32,768 nucleotides of DNA, taken from the NCBI GenBank assembly GCA_016182055.1, contig JACOYD010000003.1, forward strand, positions 1-32,768. The letters run 5' to 3'. Position 1 is the first letter of the stretch. Every line of letters starts with the position of its first letter. This stretch comes from Candidatus Microgenomates bacterium. GTDB taxonomy: Bacteria; Patescibacteriota; Microgenomatia; Levybacterales; JACOYD01. The notes under the pieces are model-generated. The model made no database searches. It saw only the letters and a list, made by a program, of their open reading frames with translations, and was not told the DNA's origin. Position numbers and translations under genes: made by a program. Below, piece after piece: positions 22,501-29,097 of this stretch.

Positions 22501-24251
22501 ACCCGCAGTATTTTGTTGAAAATGCTGATAGAGCGCAATGGAAGATGGCGTTTGGGGAAGATATAGTCAACAAATTTTTAGATTCACTACCTCGACAAAC
22601 AGACGAGAAACGCAATGCTTTTACCCACAACGAATATGATAGAACAACGGAATTTATTAAATTCTTGCTTTATCAGGCAGAAACAGATTTTGGTGTAAAT
22701 ACTGGTGATCTGGAGGTTTTGACCTCATACGTTTCGCAGTTTGGTTTAGCAAGAAGCCCGCTTATGTTTCATTACTTCAAAAATATTTATTTGTTTGAAC
22801 AGCAGAAGATTTCAGAGTTGCCGCAAGATATAGAAGTATTAGGCATTCGATCAGTTCAAGAAATGAAAACGCAGCTTGCTCGGGTAAGGGAAATAGTTTA
22901 CGGCGAAACTCCACTTACCGATCTTTCACAGTTTTCTAATTTTGAGGTACAAATGTTAAGCGTTATTACCGGTAAAAGCACGCATAGATTTGATTATAGT
23001 AAGCAACCTATCGAGAGAATAATGCAGGATTTTCAACAAGATATAGCATCAGGATCAATAGTAGGATTGCCCCAAGGTTATCGTCCGGAAGTGCTTGATG
23101 CGGCAAATGTTCGCATAGAATTTAATGCGGAGGAGGTGCGAGATGATTATGAGACCTTAAGGGCGGAAATTCTAGCAAGTATTCAAAACCCCAACGATGT
23201 GGAAACATTGTCAGGAGAGCTTAAAGGAGTTATTCAAAGAAAAATTGAAGAGATAGAAACAGTAGTTGCTTCAAGCGAGGGAAAGAAGCGAGACTTTGTA
23301 GAAAAGGAGCGGGAACGGTTTTTAGGATATAGAACACAATTAGGAGATGTAAAAAGTCTTGATTCTCTGACAAGCACAATTTTGGATATAAACTTTGACA
23401 AAACAGAACAGCGGTTGGTTAACTCAATAGTTAGAAGGATAATTTTTAGCAAAGTTTTTCAAAAGCATTTTTCCGGGGGCTTTATTCAAGAAATTCAAAT
23501 GCAGTTGGAAGGAGAGATTTCAGCGGCATCTTTGGAAACAGTTATCAATATTATTGATGAAATGGGGAAAACGCATGTGTTCAACCTTAAAGGTGATAAT
23601 CAAGAGGGATATTGGGATGAGGAAGTGTTTAAAAAAGTACGGGATTCGAAGCGCGGACGGGATCTACCAAACTGTTTTAGTCCTCATATCAATAAACTCA
23701 AAGAGGCGGTAAGAAACTTTGAAAAAATTCAAGAAGGAGGAAGCAACAAGATTGCCATTATTCCCGACAGGGGTTTTGTTGGAGAAATGTCCGGATATTT
23801 GGCAGATGTTTGCTATACGGCAGAATACCCATTGCTTAAAAAATGGCCCAATGTAGTACCATATAAATTTGTTATGCGTGATCCAGATACACAAGAATTG
23901 CGTTTTATTGGTAGCGTACTTGTTTTTGAAGTAAGCGATACAGCCGGCAATCCTTCTTTGCTAGTGCGTGCTTTTGATGTACCGCAGGAGAGTACAATAG
24001 ATATTGATGGTTTTATAGAGCAGTTTTTGGATAAAATGGTTGAGGTTGGAAAAGAGCGAGGAAAGCGCCGGGTTTTAGTTGCGGGGGCGCAAGGGTCTAT
24101 ATCAAATTATCAAATGACCATAAACCACATGTCACAAAATTATATTAGAGGTAGAGAGCCTGTATCTTTAAGCGAACAATTTCGTTTTAATAATTACGAT
24201 TTGACTAATAGTTGTTTTGTAGCCAGAGAAATAAAAGACGATGACAATTAA
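19506..24251 (+). CDS. 1581-aa hypothetical protein (orphan; no recognisable domain) with internal tandem repeats.
   Basis: Uninterrupted 4.7-kb ORF with ordinary amino-acid composition. No TM or signal peptide, no HEXXH, no P-loop. Pro/Arg-rich N-terminus. Confidence 0.85.
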   Translation: MPAAVSPEVRPPEARPPAEKPSFESRFQQIGGQFRTIQTRFLATVAGLARDNPTVNLTGEEEDLRSQANALERLGEDTEKRLGIDVRGVVGAAGAKVRGGIDTLASRAGTKLEVMRREDLFRHFQEEGLEDPQKALAVVDYLEHNLLHTRDWVKVRGKDEIQIEQPYRYSKEDVESIRQITSGVEDPIKLLNQISQVIQLPQSYRLHTFSRYVELVKDNPRLPDLIARLSQIGSLGKISIYNVNFSDDEQTKATYRDYYSNKTLPEPIQQFLKIPQEEYEKLFSQDNINWVKQLNERLVNFCKRREADTKSVVRTPALQDLLTIAGDATFQKMYEESIRDRFGEYSITERNVGESADFFLGLVREAPELIELYKNGFNVGNIIKYNYSFEQGLSTAIARRGEFQQILADGELCKRAQIMERYGRRVPVVSSLENAPTYLQVEPEQLEKSLVILNNLQKTAADIEGDVHNELQSICRLIKNGALDKVGVEEVKTAFEVLNEHGVSYTALPVHLGILIGDCQDGHDLQNRMEWIVRPDFQESLAKFFTSYALNNPDIRIEALKSPELFSWLYENRERMHQRIELWQEKNKYFDSGLKNLSALKQLADLSDAQFEQLTSLLADRVVISDSSILRGIRLLSFSQQEREELFASCERHYMPIISDGSTMPLNNEAAEILLSASVQRREELFAIADKLPKPAYANYGLPSEKVLFWNYLLDNPQALDRLTVFAGLNEAAEITRHGLMTGLFMRLIDKNRENPEFILNDYITEQGLPTLRFITDLIEQREAYHYDENYRNGVLGLNDVLTVLLSDDFLASLSPQEKPFWQAFKIVPLTGRAILVQQKERFNEFFADGKPTVVFLNEFVLKEQTPEKVDRLLSIVDFESFSQDERIFWQVFRITPYPARPILTEQRERLNEFFINGKPTASFLEEVVGKQQLQALDTLLEIADLESYPQDEKAFWQSYRSFPRAIKKFVLEQKDRFSELVVDGKETPAFYSELAVNNPQYFVENADRAQWKMAFGEDIVNKFLDSLPRQTDEKRNAFTHNEYDRTTEFIKFLLYQAETDFGVNTGDLEVLTSYVSQFGLARSPLMFHYFKNIYLFEQQKISELPQDIEVLGIRSVQEMKTQLARVREIVYGETPLTDLSQFSNFEVQMLSVITGKSTHRFDYSKQPIERIMQDFQQDIASGSIVGLPQGYRPEVLDAANVRIEFNAEEVRDDYETLRAEILASIQNPNDVETLSGELKGVIQRKIEEIETVVASSEGKKRDFVEKERERFLGYRTQLGDVKSLDSLTSTILDINFDKTEQRLVNSIVRRIIFSKVFQKHFSGGFIQEIQMQLEGEISAASLETVINIIDEMGKTHVFNLKGDNQEGYWDEEVFKKVRDSKRGRDLPNCFSPHINKLKEAVRNFEKIQEGGSNKIAIIPDRGFVGEMSGYLADVCYTAEYPLLKKWPNVVPYKFVMRDPDTQELRFIGSVLVFEVSDTAGNPSLLVRAFDVPQESTIDIDGFIEQFLDKMVEVGKERGKRRVLVAGAQGSISNYQMTINHMSQNYIRGREPVSLSEQFRFNNYDLTNSCFVAREIKDDDN
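21948..22515 (+). repeat. Three tandem ~67-aa (about 200-nt) coding repeats within the giant ORF.
   Basis: Repeat starts are SPQEKPFWQAFKIVP...RFNEFFADGKPT (21948), SQDERIFWQVFRITP...RLNEFFINGKPT (22152) and PQDEKAFWQSYRSFP...RFSELVVDGKET (22353). Confidence 0.85.
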
Positions 24252-24301
24252 CAATTTGCGGGAGGGGGATTAGAGAAAACTTTTGTCATTGTTGAAATGG
24301 G

Positions 24302-24330
24302 TTGACATGCTCTTAAATATATGTTATACA
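24302..24330 (+). promoter_or_regulatory. Promoter TTGACA-17-TGtTATACA for the RHH-PIN pair.
   Basis: TTGACA at 24302-24307, TG at 24322-24323, and TATACA at 24325-24330. The ATG at 24339 lies 8 nt after the -10. Confidence 0.55.
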
Positions 24331-24338
24331 TTAGACAT

Positions 24339-24581
24339 ATGATTAGAACACAAGTTTATCTGCCAAAATCTCTCTACCAGTACATTGATTTGGTGGCCAG
24401 AAGAGAAAAAAAATACAAAGCAGAAGTGATCCGAGAAGTACTTGAGGAAGGGGTGAAAAGAAAACAAGGTAATGCCGGGACTACACTTTTGAAAATAGCG
24501 GCTATGGCCAAAAAGTATAAGTGGAAAGGGCCAAAAGATCTCTCCAAAAATATTGACAAATATCTCTATGAAGAAGCATGA
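24339..24581 (+). CDS. Ribbon-helix-helix (CopG/Arc-like) antitoxin.
   Basis: MIRTQVYLPKSLYQYIDLVARREKKYKAEVIREVLEEG is an RHH N-terminus. The track start 24321 lies inside the -10 element, so ATG 24339 is preferred. Confidence 0.7.
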   Translation: MIRTQVYLPKSLYQYIDLVARREKKYKAEVIREVLEEGVKRKQGNAGTTLLKIAAMAKKYKWKGPKDLSKNIDKYLYEEA

Positions 24582-25009
24582 ATAAGCCGGTAATTATTGA
24601 TTCTAGCGCCTTCATCTCCCTCGGGGCAATAACAGACAGTAATTTCGAAAAGGCTAGCACTATTAGTAAACAAATCGAAAAAGATGATAGAACTATTGTG
24701 ATGCCATCAGAAGTCTTCACAGAGATAGTTAATGTTGTTGGTAAAAAGGTAGGGCACGACGCAGCCATTAAACAAGGGAGTAAAATTCTCTTGTCAGGAA
24801 CGATTACTATTGTCGAAACCACCCCCGATATCCGAAGAAACGCTTTTTTCAAATTTCAAAAACAGCCCAAATCTGTGAGTTTTACCGACTGTTTCGTCAT
24901 GGCTTTTGCTGATGAATTTGAAACAAAAGAAATTTTTGGTTTTGATGAAGCCTTCCGCAAAAATGGCTATACTCGCGTAGGAATTGACAGGGCGCAAGCG
25001 GTAAGTTGA
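24578..25009 (+). CDS. PIN-domain ribonuclease toxin (VapC-like).
   Basis: VIIDSSAFISL...MPSEVFTEIVN...FTDCFVMAFADEF...FGFDEAF carries the acidic PIN residues. ATGA overlap with the RHH gene. Confidence 0.78.
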   Translation: MNKPVIIDSSAFISLGAITDSNFEKASTISKQIEKDDRTIVMPSEVFTEIVNVVGKKVGHDAAIKQGSKILLSGTITIVETTPDIRRNAFFKFQKQPKSVSFTDCFVMAFADEFETKEIFGFDEAFRKNGYTRVGIDRAQAVS

Positions 25010-25034
25010 ACTTGCGGCCGTAAAGCTATATACT
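25006..25034 (+). promoter_or_regulatory. Promoter TTGAAC-17-TATACT for ftsK.
   Basis: TTGAAC at 25006-25011 and TATACT at 25029-25034. The ATG at 25042 lies 7 nt after the -10. Confidence 0.5.
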
Positions 25035-25041
25035 ATAATAT

Positions 25042-27073
25042 ATGCCCAAGTTTGGACGCGGCCGTTTCGGCAGACGCCGTTCGCTTTTTCGACTGAAACT
25101 TAAAAAGCAAACTATCTATGCGCTTTTTGCCATCTCTTGTATTGGACTTTCTGCGGTAATTCTTCTTTCCTTTAGCAATTCCTCGGCAATTTTTGTCAGA
25201 ACCCAAAATCTGCTTACGGCCTTTTTCGGATGGGGAAAAATACTTTTGCCGGTCGCTCTTTTCCTGTTGGGGTTGTTATTCACCGGCGCCCGCATGAAGC
25301 TGGCCCGGGCTAACGTAGGGGCGGGTTTTATTTTGGCCTGGCTGTCTCTTTTAGGCCTGACAAAAGCAGGCATGCTGGGTTTAACGATATTTCAAAATAT
25401 CGCCGATTTACTTACTGCGGCAGGAGCTATACTGATACTTTTGGGAGGACTGGTGGTGGGCCTGGTCGTTTTATTCAATACGCCGATTGATCAAATTGTC
25501 AGCAGTATCGTGCGGATAATTGCTCTTTTAACAAATGCAGCGCAAAAGTTATTTACAGCCCTTTTTGTTAAGAAAAAAGAGGCAGCCACGGCCTGGAACA
25601 AAAATAATGAGATTAAAATTAGGGGCAGCGATAAAGGAGAACCGGCTCCCCGGGTGATTAAGGCGGAAGTGTTAAAAAAATCCGATAAAGCCACCCTGGC
25701 TTTGGGTACTGCTTTGGTGGCCAACGCTCCCAAAGATTTAGGTATCTGGGAATATCCGCCTTTATCACTTCTCTCTACCGTCCCCGGGCAAAAGGCAGAC
25801 CGCGGCGATCTTAAAGCCAACGCCGCCACTATCGAAAAAACCCTGTCCAGCTTTGGTATTTTGGCCCGGGTGGTGGAGGTAAATTTAGGTCCGGCTGTTA
25901 CCCAGTATGCTCTGGAAATAGCTCTGGGTACCAAACTTTCCAAAATCCTCTCATTATCAAACGACCTGGCACTGGCCCTGGCTGCCCCCACCGGACAAAT
26001 AAGAATAGAGGCTCCTATTCCGGGACGGTCGATGGTGGGTATAGAAATTCCCAACCGCTCCCTGGAATTTGTCACCTTAAAAACTATGCTTTCCTCATCC
26101 ATTATGCAAAATAGCAAATCAAAGCTGACGGTTTCTCTGGGTCTTGATGTTTCCGGCAATCCGGTGGTGACTAATATTGCCAAAATGCCTCATGTTTTAA
26201 TTGCCGGTACCACCGGCTCCGGTAAATCGGTTCTGCTTAATTCGTTTATCGCCTCTCTTCTTTTCCGCACCACCCCTTCGGAAATTAAACTTATTCTGAT
26301 TGATCCAAAGCGGGTGGAACTGGTTGGCTATAATGGTATTCCCCATCTTTTAACACCGGTGATTGTGGATGTGGAAAAAATTCTCTCCGCTCTTAAGTGG
26401 GCGATGAGCGAGATGGATAGAAGATACAAGATTTTTGCCGAAGCAGGGGTGCGCAATATCGATGCCTACAATGAATTTTCCGGCTTTCAGGCGCTGCCTT
26501 ACATTGTAATTATCATTGATGAACTGGCAGATCTGATGGCCTATGCTCCGGTGGAGGTGGAGGATACCGTTTGCCGGCTGGCGCAGATGGCCCGGGCCAC
26601 CGGCATCCATCTGGTTTTGGCTACTCAAAGACCTTCTGTTGACGTTATCACCGGTGGGAGACATGCTGTATATTCCTCCGGATCAGGCCAAGCCCACCCG
26701 CATTCAGGGAACCTATGTTTCGGAAGAGGAGGTTAATAAACTGGTGAAGTTCTTAAAAGATAAAGGGATAGTTATTGAATATACACAAGAGGTAACTAAT
26801 CAGCCTCTGACCTTTCGCAAGGGGCTCTCTGGAGCAGGCGAGGGCGGCAAAGACGATCTTTTTGAAGAGGCGGTACGAATTGTCTGTCAGTTTGACAGAG
26901 CTTCGGCCTCTCTTCTTCAGCGAAAACTGTCTGTCGGATATGCCCGGGCGGCGCGGATTGTCGATCAGCTGGAAAGAGAAGGCGTTATCGGTCCAGGCGA
27001 AGGTTCAAAGCCGCGGGATGTCCTGGTTCGCAATGCGGAAGAGTTTTTGCAAAGGGAACAGACTGCCTCGTAA
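25042..27073 (+). pseudogene. ftsK: DNA translocase FtsK/SpoIIIE, interrupted by an out-of-frame internal deletion near 26656.
   Basis: ORF 25042-26736 holds the TM region, Walker A GTTGSGKS, Walker B IIIDELADL and LATQRPSVDVITG. ORF 26543-27073, in a different frame, resumes at GDMLYIPP...RIQGTYVSEEEV and carries the gamma winged helix (LLQRKLSVGYARAARIVDQLE). The roughly 35 aa normally between these points are absent. Confidence 0.8.
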
Positions 27074-27078
27074 TAATC

Positions 27079-27158
27079 AGATATTAGGTAATTGAGATAT
27101 TAAGATATTGAGTGTTTTTTTCTCCTAATATCTTAGTATCCTAGTATCTTTAATATCT
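27079..27158. repeat. Inverted array of 8-nt units: AGATATTA-type x4 (27079-27110) facing TAATATCT-type x4 (27126-27158).
   Basis: Read directly in the ftsK-rodZ spacer. The inner arms 27103-27112 and 27122-27133 pair around a T7-containing loop. Confidence 0.75.
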
Positions 27159-27167
27159 TCTTAATAT

Positions 27168-27800
27168 ATGGCGCTAACTAAATCTGGGGAAATTCTTAAA
27201 GTAAAACGCCTTGAAAAAAAATTATCATTCGAAGAGGTGGAGAAAGAAACAAAGATTCGGATGAAGTTTTTGCGTGCTTTAGAAGAAGGAGACTTAACTC
27301 TTTTTCATTCCACTGCTTATGCCCGGGGATTTTTAAAAAACTACGCCGAATTTTTAGAACTTGATACAAAGCTGATTCTGGCCCTTTTCCGTCGGGAAAC
27401 AACTTTACAAAAACTAAAAGTAATACCGCAGGGCATGGTGGAGAAAAACTCTCCCTTGCGGATTACTCCCACCCGCGCCGCTTTACTGGTAGTTTTTTTT
27501 ATCCTGATGGCCGTTTCTTATTATCTTTTCCAGCAATACCGGGGATTTTTGGCAGCGCCTGCCCTTACTTTGGAAAAACCAAAGGAGCAGCAACTTGTTG
27601 CCGAGGGAGAAATTGAGGTAACGGGCAAGACAGATATTGATGCAACAATACTGGTGAATAGTCAACCAGCCGTACTTGAGGAAAGCGGCCGCTTCAGCAT
27701 CAAAATTAACGTGTTTGCCGGAGAAACAACGATTACTGTGGTAGCCAAAAATAGAAGGGGTAAGGAAACTGTGATAACAAGAAAAATTAAGGTGGAGTGA
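27168..27800 (+). CDS. rodZ: RodZ-like helix-turn-helix membrane protein.
   Basis: N-terminal HTH LKVKRLEKKLSFEEVEKETKIRMKFLRALEEGD...ARGFLKNYAEFLELD, a single TM, and a beta-rich C-terminal domain. Confidence 0.7.
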   Translation: MALTKSGEILKVKRLEKKLSFEEVEKETKIRMKFLRALEEGDLTLFHSTAYARGFLKNYAEFLELDTKLILALFRRETTLQKLKVIPQGMVEKNSPLRITPTRAALLVVFFILMAVSYYLFQQYRGFLAAPALTLEKPKEQQLVAEGEIEVTGKTDIDATILVNSQPAVLEESGRFSIKINVFAGETTITVVAKNRRGKETVITRKIKVE

Positions 27801-27831
27801 GAGAGCGAAGGGGGTGCCGTCTGGTACCCCC

Positions 27832-27860
27832 TTGACAACTTTTAGCACTCATGATATATT
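27832..27860 (+). promoter_or_regulatory. hrcA operon promoter TTGACA-17-TGaTATATT.
   Basis: TTGACA at 27832-27837, TG at 27852-27853, and TATATT at 27855-27860. It overlaps the CIRCE element. Confidence 0.7.
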
Positions 27861-27868
27861 ACTGCTAA
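27842..27868 (+). promoter_or_regulatory. CIRCE operator (HrcA binding site): TTAGCACTC-N9-TACTGCTAA.
   Basis: The left half matches the consensus exactly. The right half matches 7/9 of GAGTGCTAA. It lies between the -35 and the hrcA ATG. Confidence 0.8.
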
Positions 27869-27870
27869 CC

Positions 27871-28605
27871 ATGCCGGATTTGACACAAAGACAAAGACAA
27901 ATCTTAAAAAGTCTGATTGAAGAATATATGAATACAGCCCAGCCGGTTGGTTCGGAAACACTGGAGAAAAAATATAGTCTGGGTGCCTCTCCTGCCACTT
28001 TGCGAAACGAAATGGTGAAGCTTACCGAAATGGGGTTTTTGATAAAACCGCATACCTCGGCCGGACGTACGCCAACTCCCATGGGTCTTAAACTGTATGT
28101 TAAAGAACTGATGAAAGAAGAGGAACTGTCGGTGGCAGAAGAAGTGGCGGTAAAAGAAAAAATTTGGGACTTTCGAAGCGAATTTAAAAATCTTATTCGC
28201 GAAGCCACCAGAAATTTAGCGGCGCGAACCAAAAATCTGGCTCTTTCGGCCACGGACCAGGGCGATATCTATTCTGCCGGCACCTGTCATATTTTGGAGA
28301 TGCCGGAGTTTTATGATATTGACGTGACCAGAAATTTGCTTTCTCTTTTGGATCAATCGGATTACTTTACCAAACTGATAGAGCGGTTTATAGATGACAG
28401 TGAGATAAACGTACTGCTTGGCGACGATTTGGGATCAGATATTTATGCCGGTTACGGGTTTGTCTTTAGCCGTTTCCATGGAGAAGGTCAGGAAGGGGTT
28501 ATCGGAGTTTTGGGTCCTGCCAGGCTCAATTACCCGTATATTATTCCGACAGTTCGATATTTTAGCGATTTGATTGAAGAAATGTCTAAAAGTTTGAAAA
28601 AGTGA
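27871..28605 (+). CDS. hrcA: Heat-inducible transcription repressor HrcA (short form).
   Basis: RQRQILKSLIEEYMNTAQPVGSETL...SPATLRNEMVKLTEMGFLIKPHTSAGRTPT. ATG 27871 is preferred because the track start 27814 lies upstream of the promoter and CIRCE. Confidence 0.88.
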   Translation: MPDLTQRQRQILKSLIEEYMNTAQPVGSETLEKKYSLGASPATLRNEMVKLTEMGFLIKPHTSAGRTPTPMGLKLYVKELMKEEELSVAEEVAVKEKIWDFRSEFKNLIREATRNLAARTKNLALSATDQGDIYSAGTCHILEMPEFYDIDVTRNLLSLLDQSDYFTKLIERFIDDSEINVLLGDDLGSDIYAGYGFVFSRFHGEGQEGVIGVLGPARLNYPYIIPTVRYFSDLIEEMSKSLKK

Positions 28606-29045
28606 CAATGGTAAAGAAAGATACGCATATTTTAGATCTGGAAAATCAACTAAAAAGAGCGCTGGCCGATTATCAAAATTTGGAAAAGCGGTCAGTTGAG
28701 CAAAGAAAAGAGTGGGTAAAGAGTGCCAACAAAGATTTGCTCTTGCGTCTTTTGCCGGTTTTAGATACACTGATGTTAGCCAGTCAACACGTACAAGATG
28801 AGGGAATTTTAGCCAGCATCAAGCAGTTTGAGGATGCATTAAAAAGCGAAGGGGTGGAAAAGATTGAGACGATGGGACAGGAGTTTAATCCGCAAACTAT
28901 GGAATGCGTTGTCACGGAACAAGTTGACCCTTCGACGGGCTCAGGGCAAGAGGAAGGAAAAGTAATGGAAGAATTACAAGCGGGATATAGGTTACACGAT
29001 AAGGTGTTAAGGCCGGCAAAAGTGAAAGTAGGAAAGAAAATATGA
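28602..29045 (+). CDS. grpE: Nucleotide exchange factor GrpE.
   Basis: LKRALADYQNLEKR...LLPVLDTL...FNPQTMECV...GYRLHDKVLRPAKVKV. The start is either GTG 28602 (overlapping the hrcA stop) or ATG 28608. Confidence 0.88.
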   Translation: MTMVKKDTHILDLENQLKRALADYQNLEKRSVEQRKEWVKSANKDLLLRLLPVLDTLMLASQHVQDEGILASIKQFEDALKSEGVEKIETMGQEFNPQTMECVVTEQVDPSTGSGQEEGKVMEELQAGYRLHDKVLRPAKVKVGKKI

Positions 29046-29097
29046 GTAAGATTATAAGCAAAGCTTGTAATTTTGAGTTATAAATAAGAGTATTTTT

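Noticed and set aside
25491-26183. 230-aa minus-strand ORF.
   Set aside because: It is antisense to the conserved FtsK motor domain. Its S/R/A-rich composition is typical of a shadow ORF in a GC-richer gene, and no motif is recognisable.
27814-27870. N-terminal extension of hrcA.
   Set aside because: It would place the TTGACA/-10 promoter and the CIRCE operator inside the coding sequence. ATG 27871 gives the canonical HrcA N-terminus.
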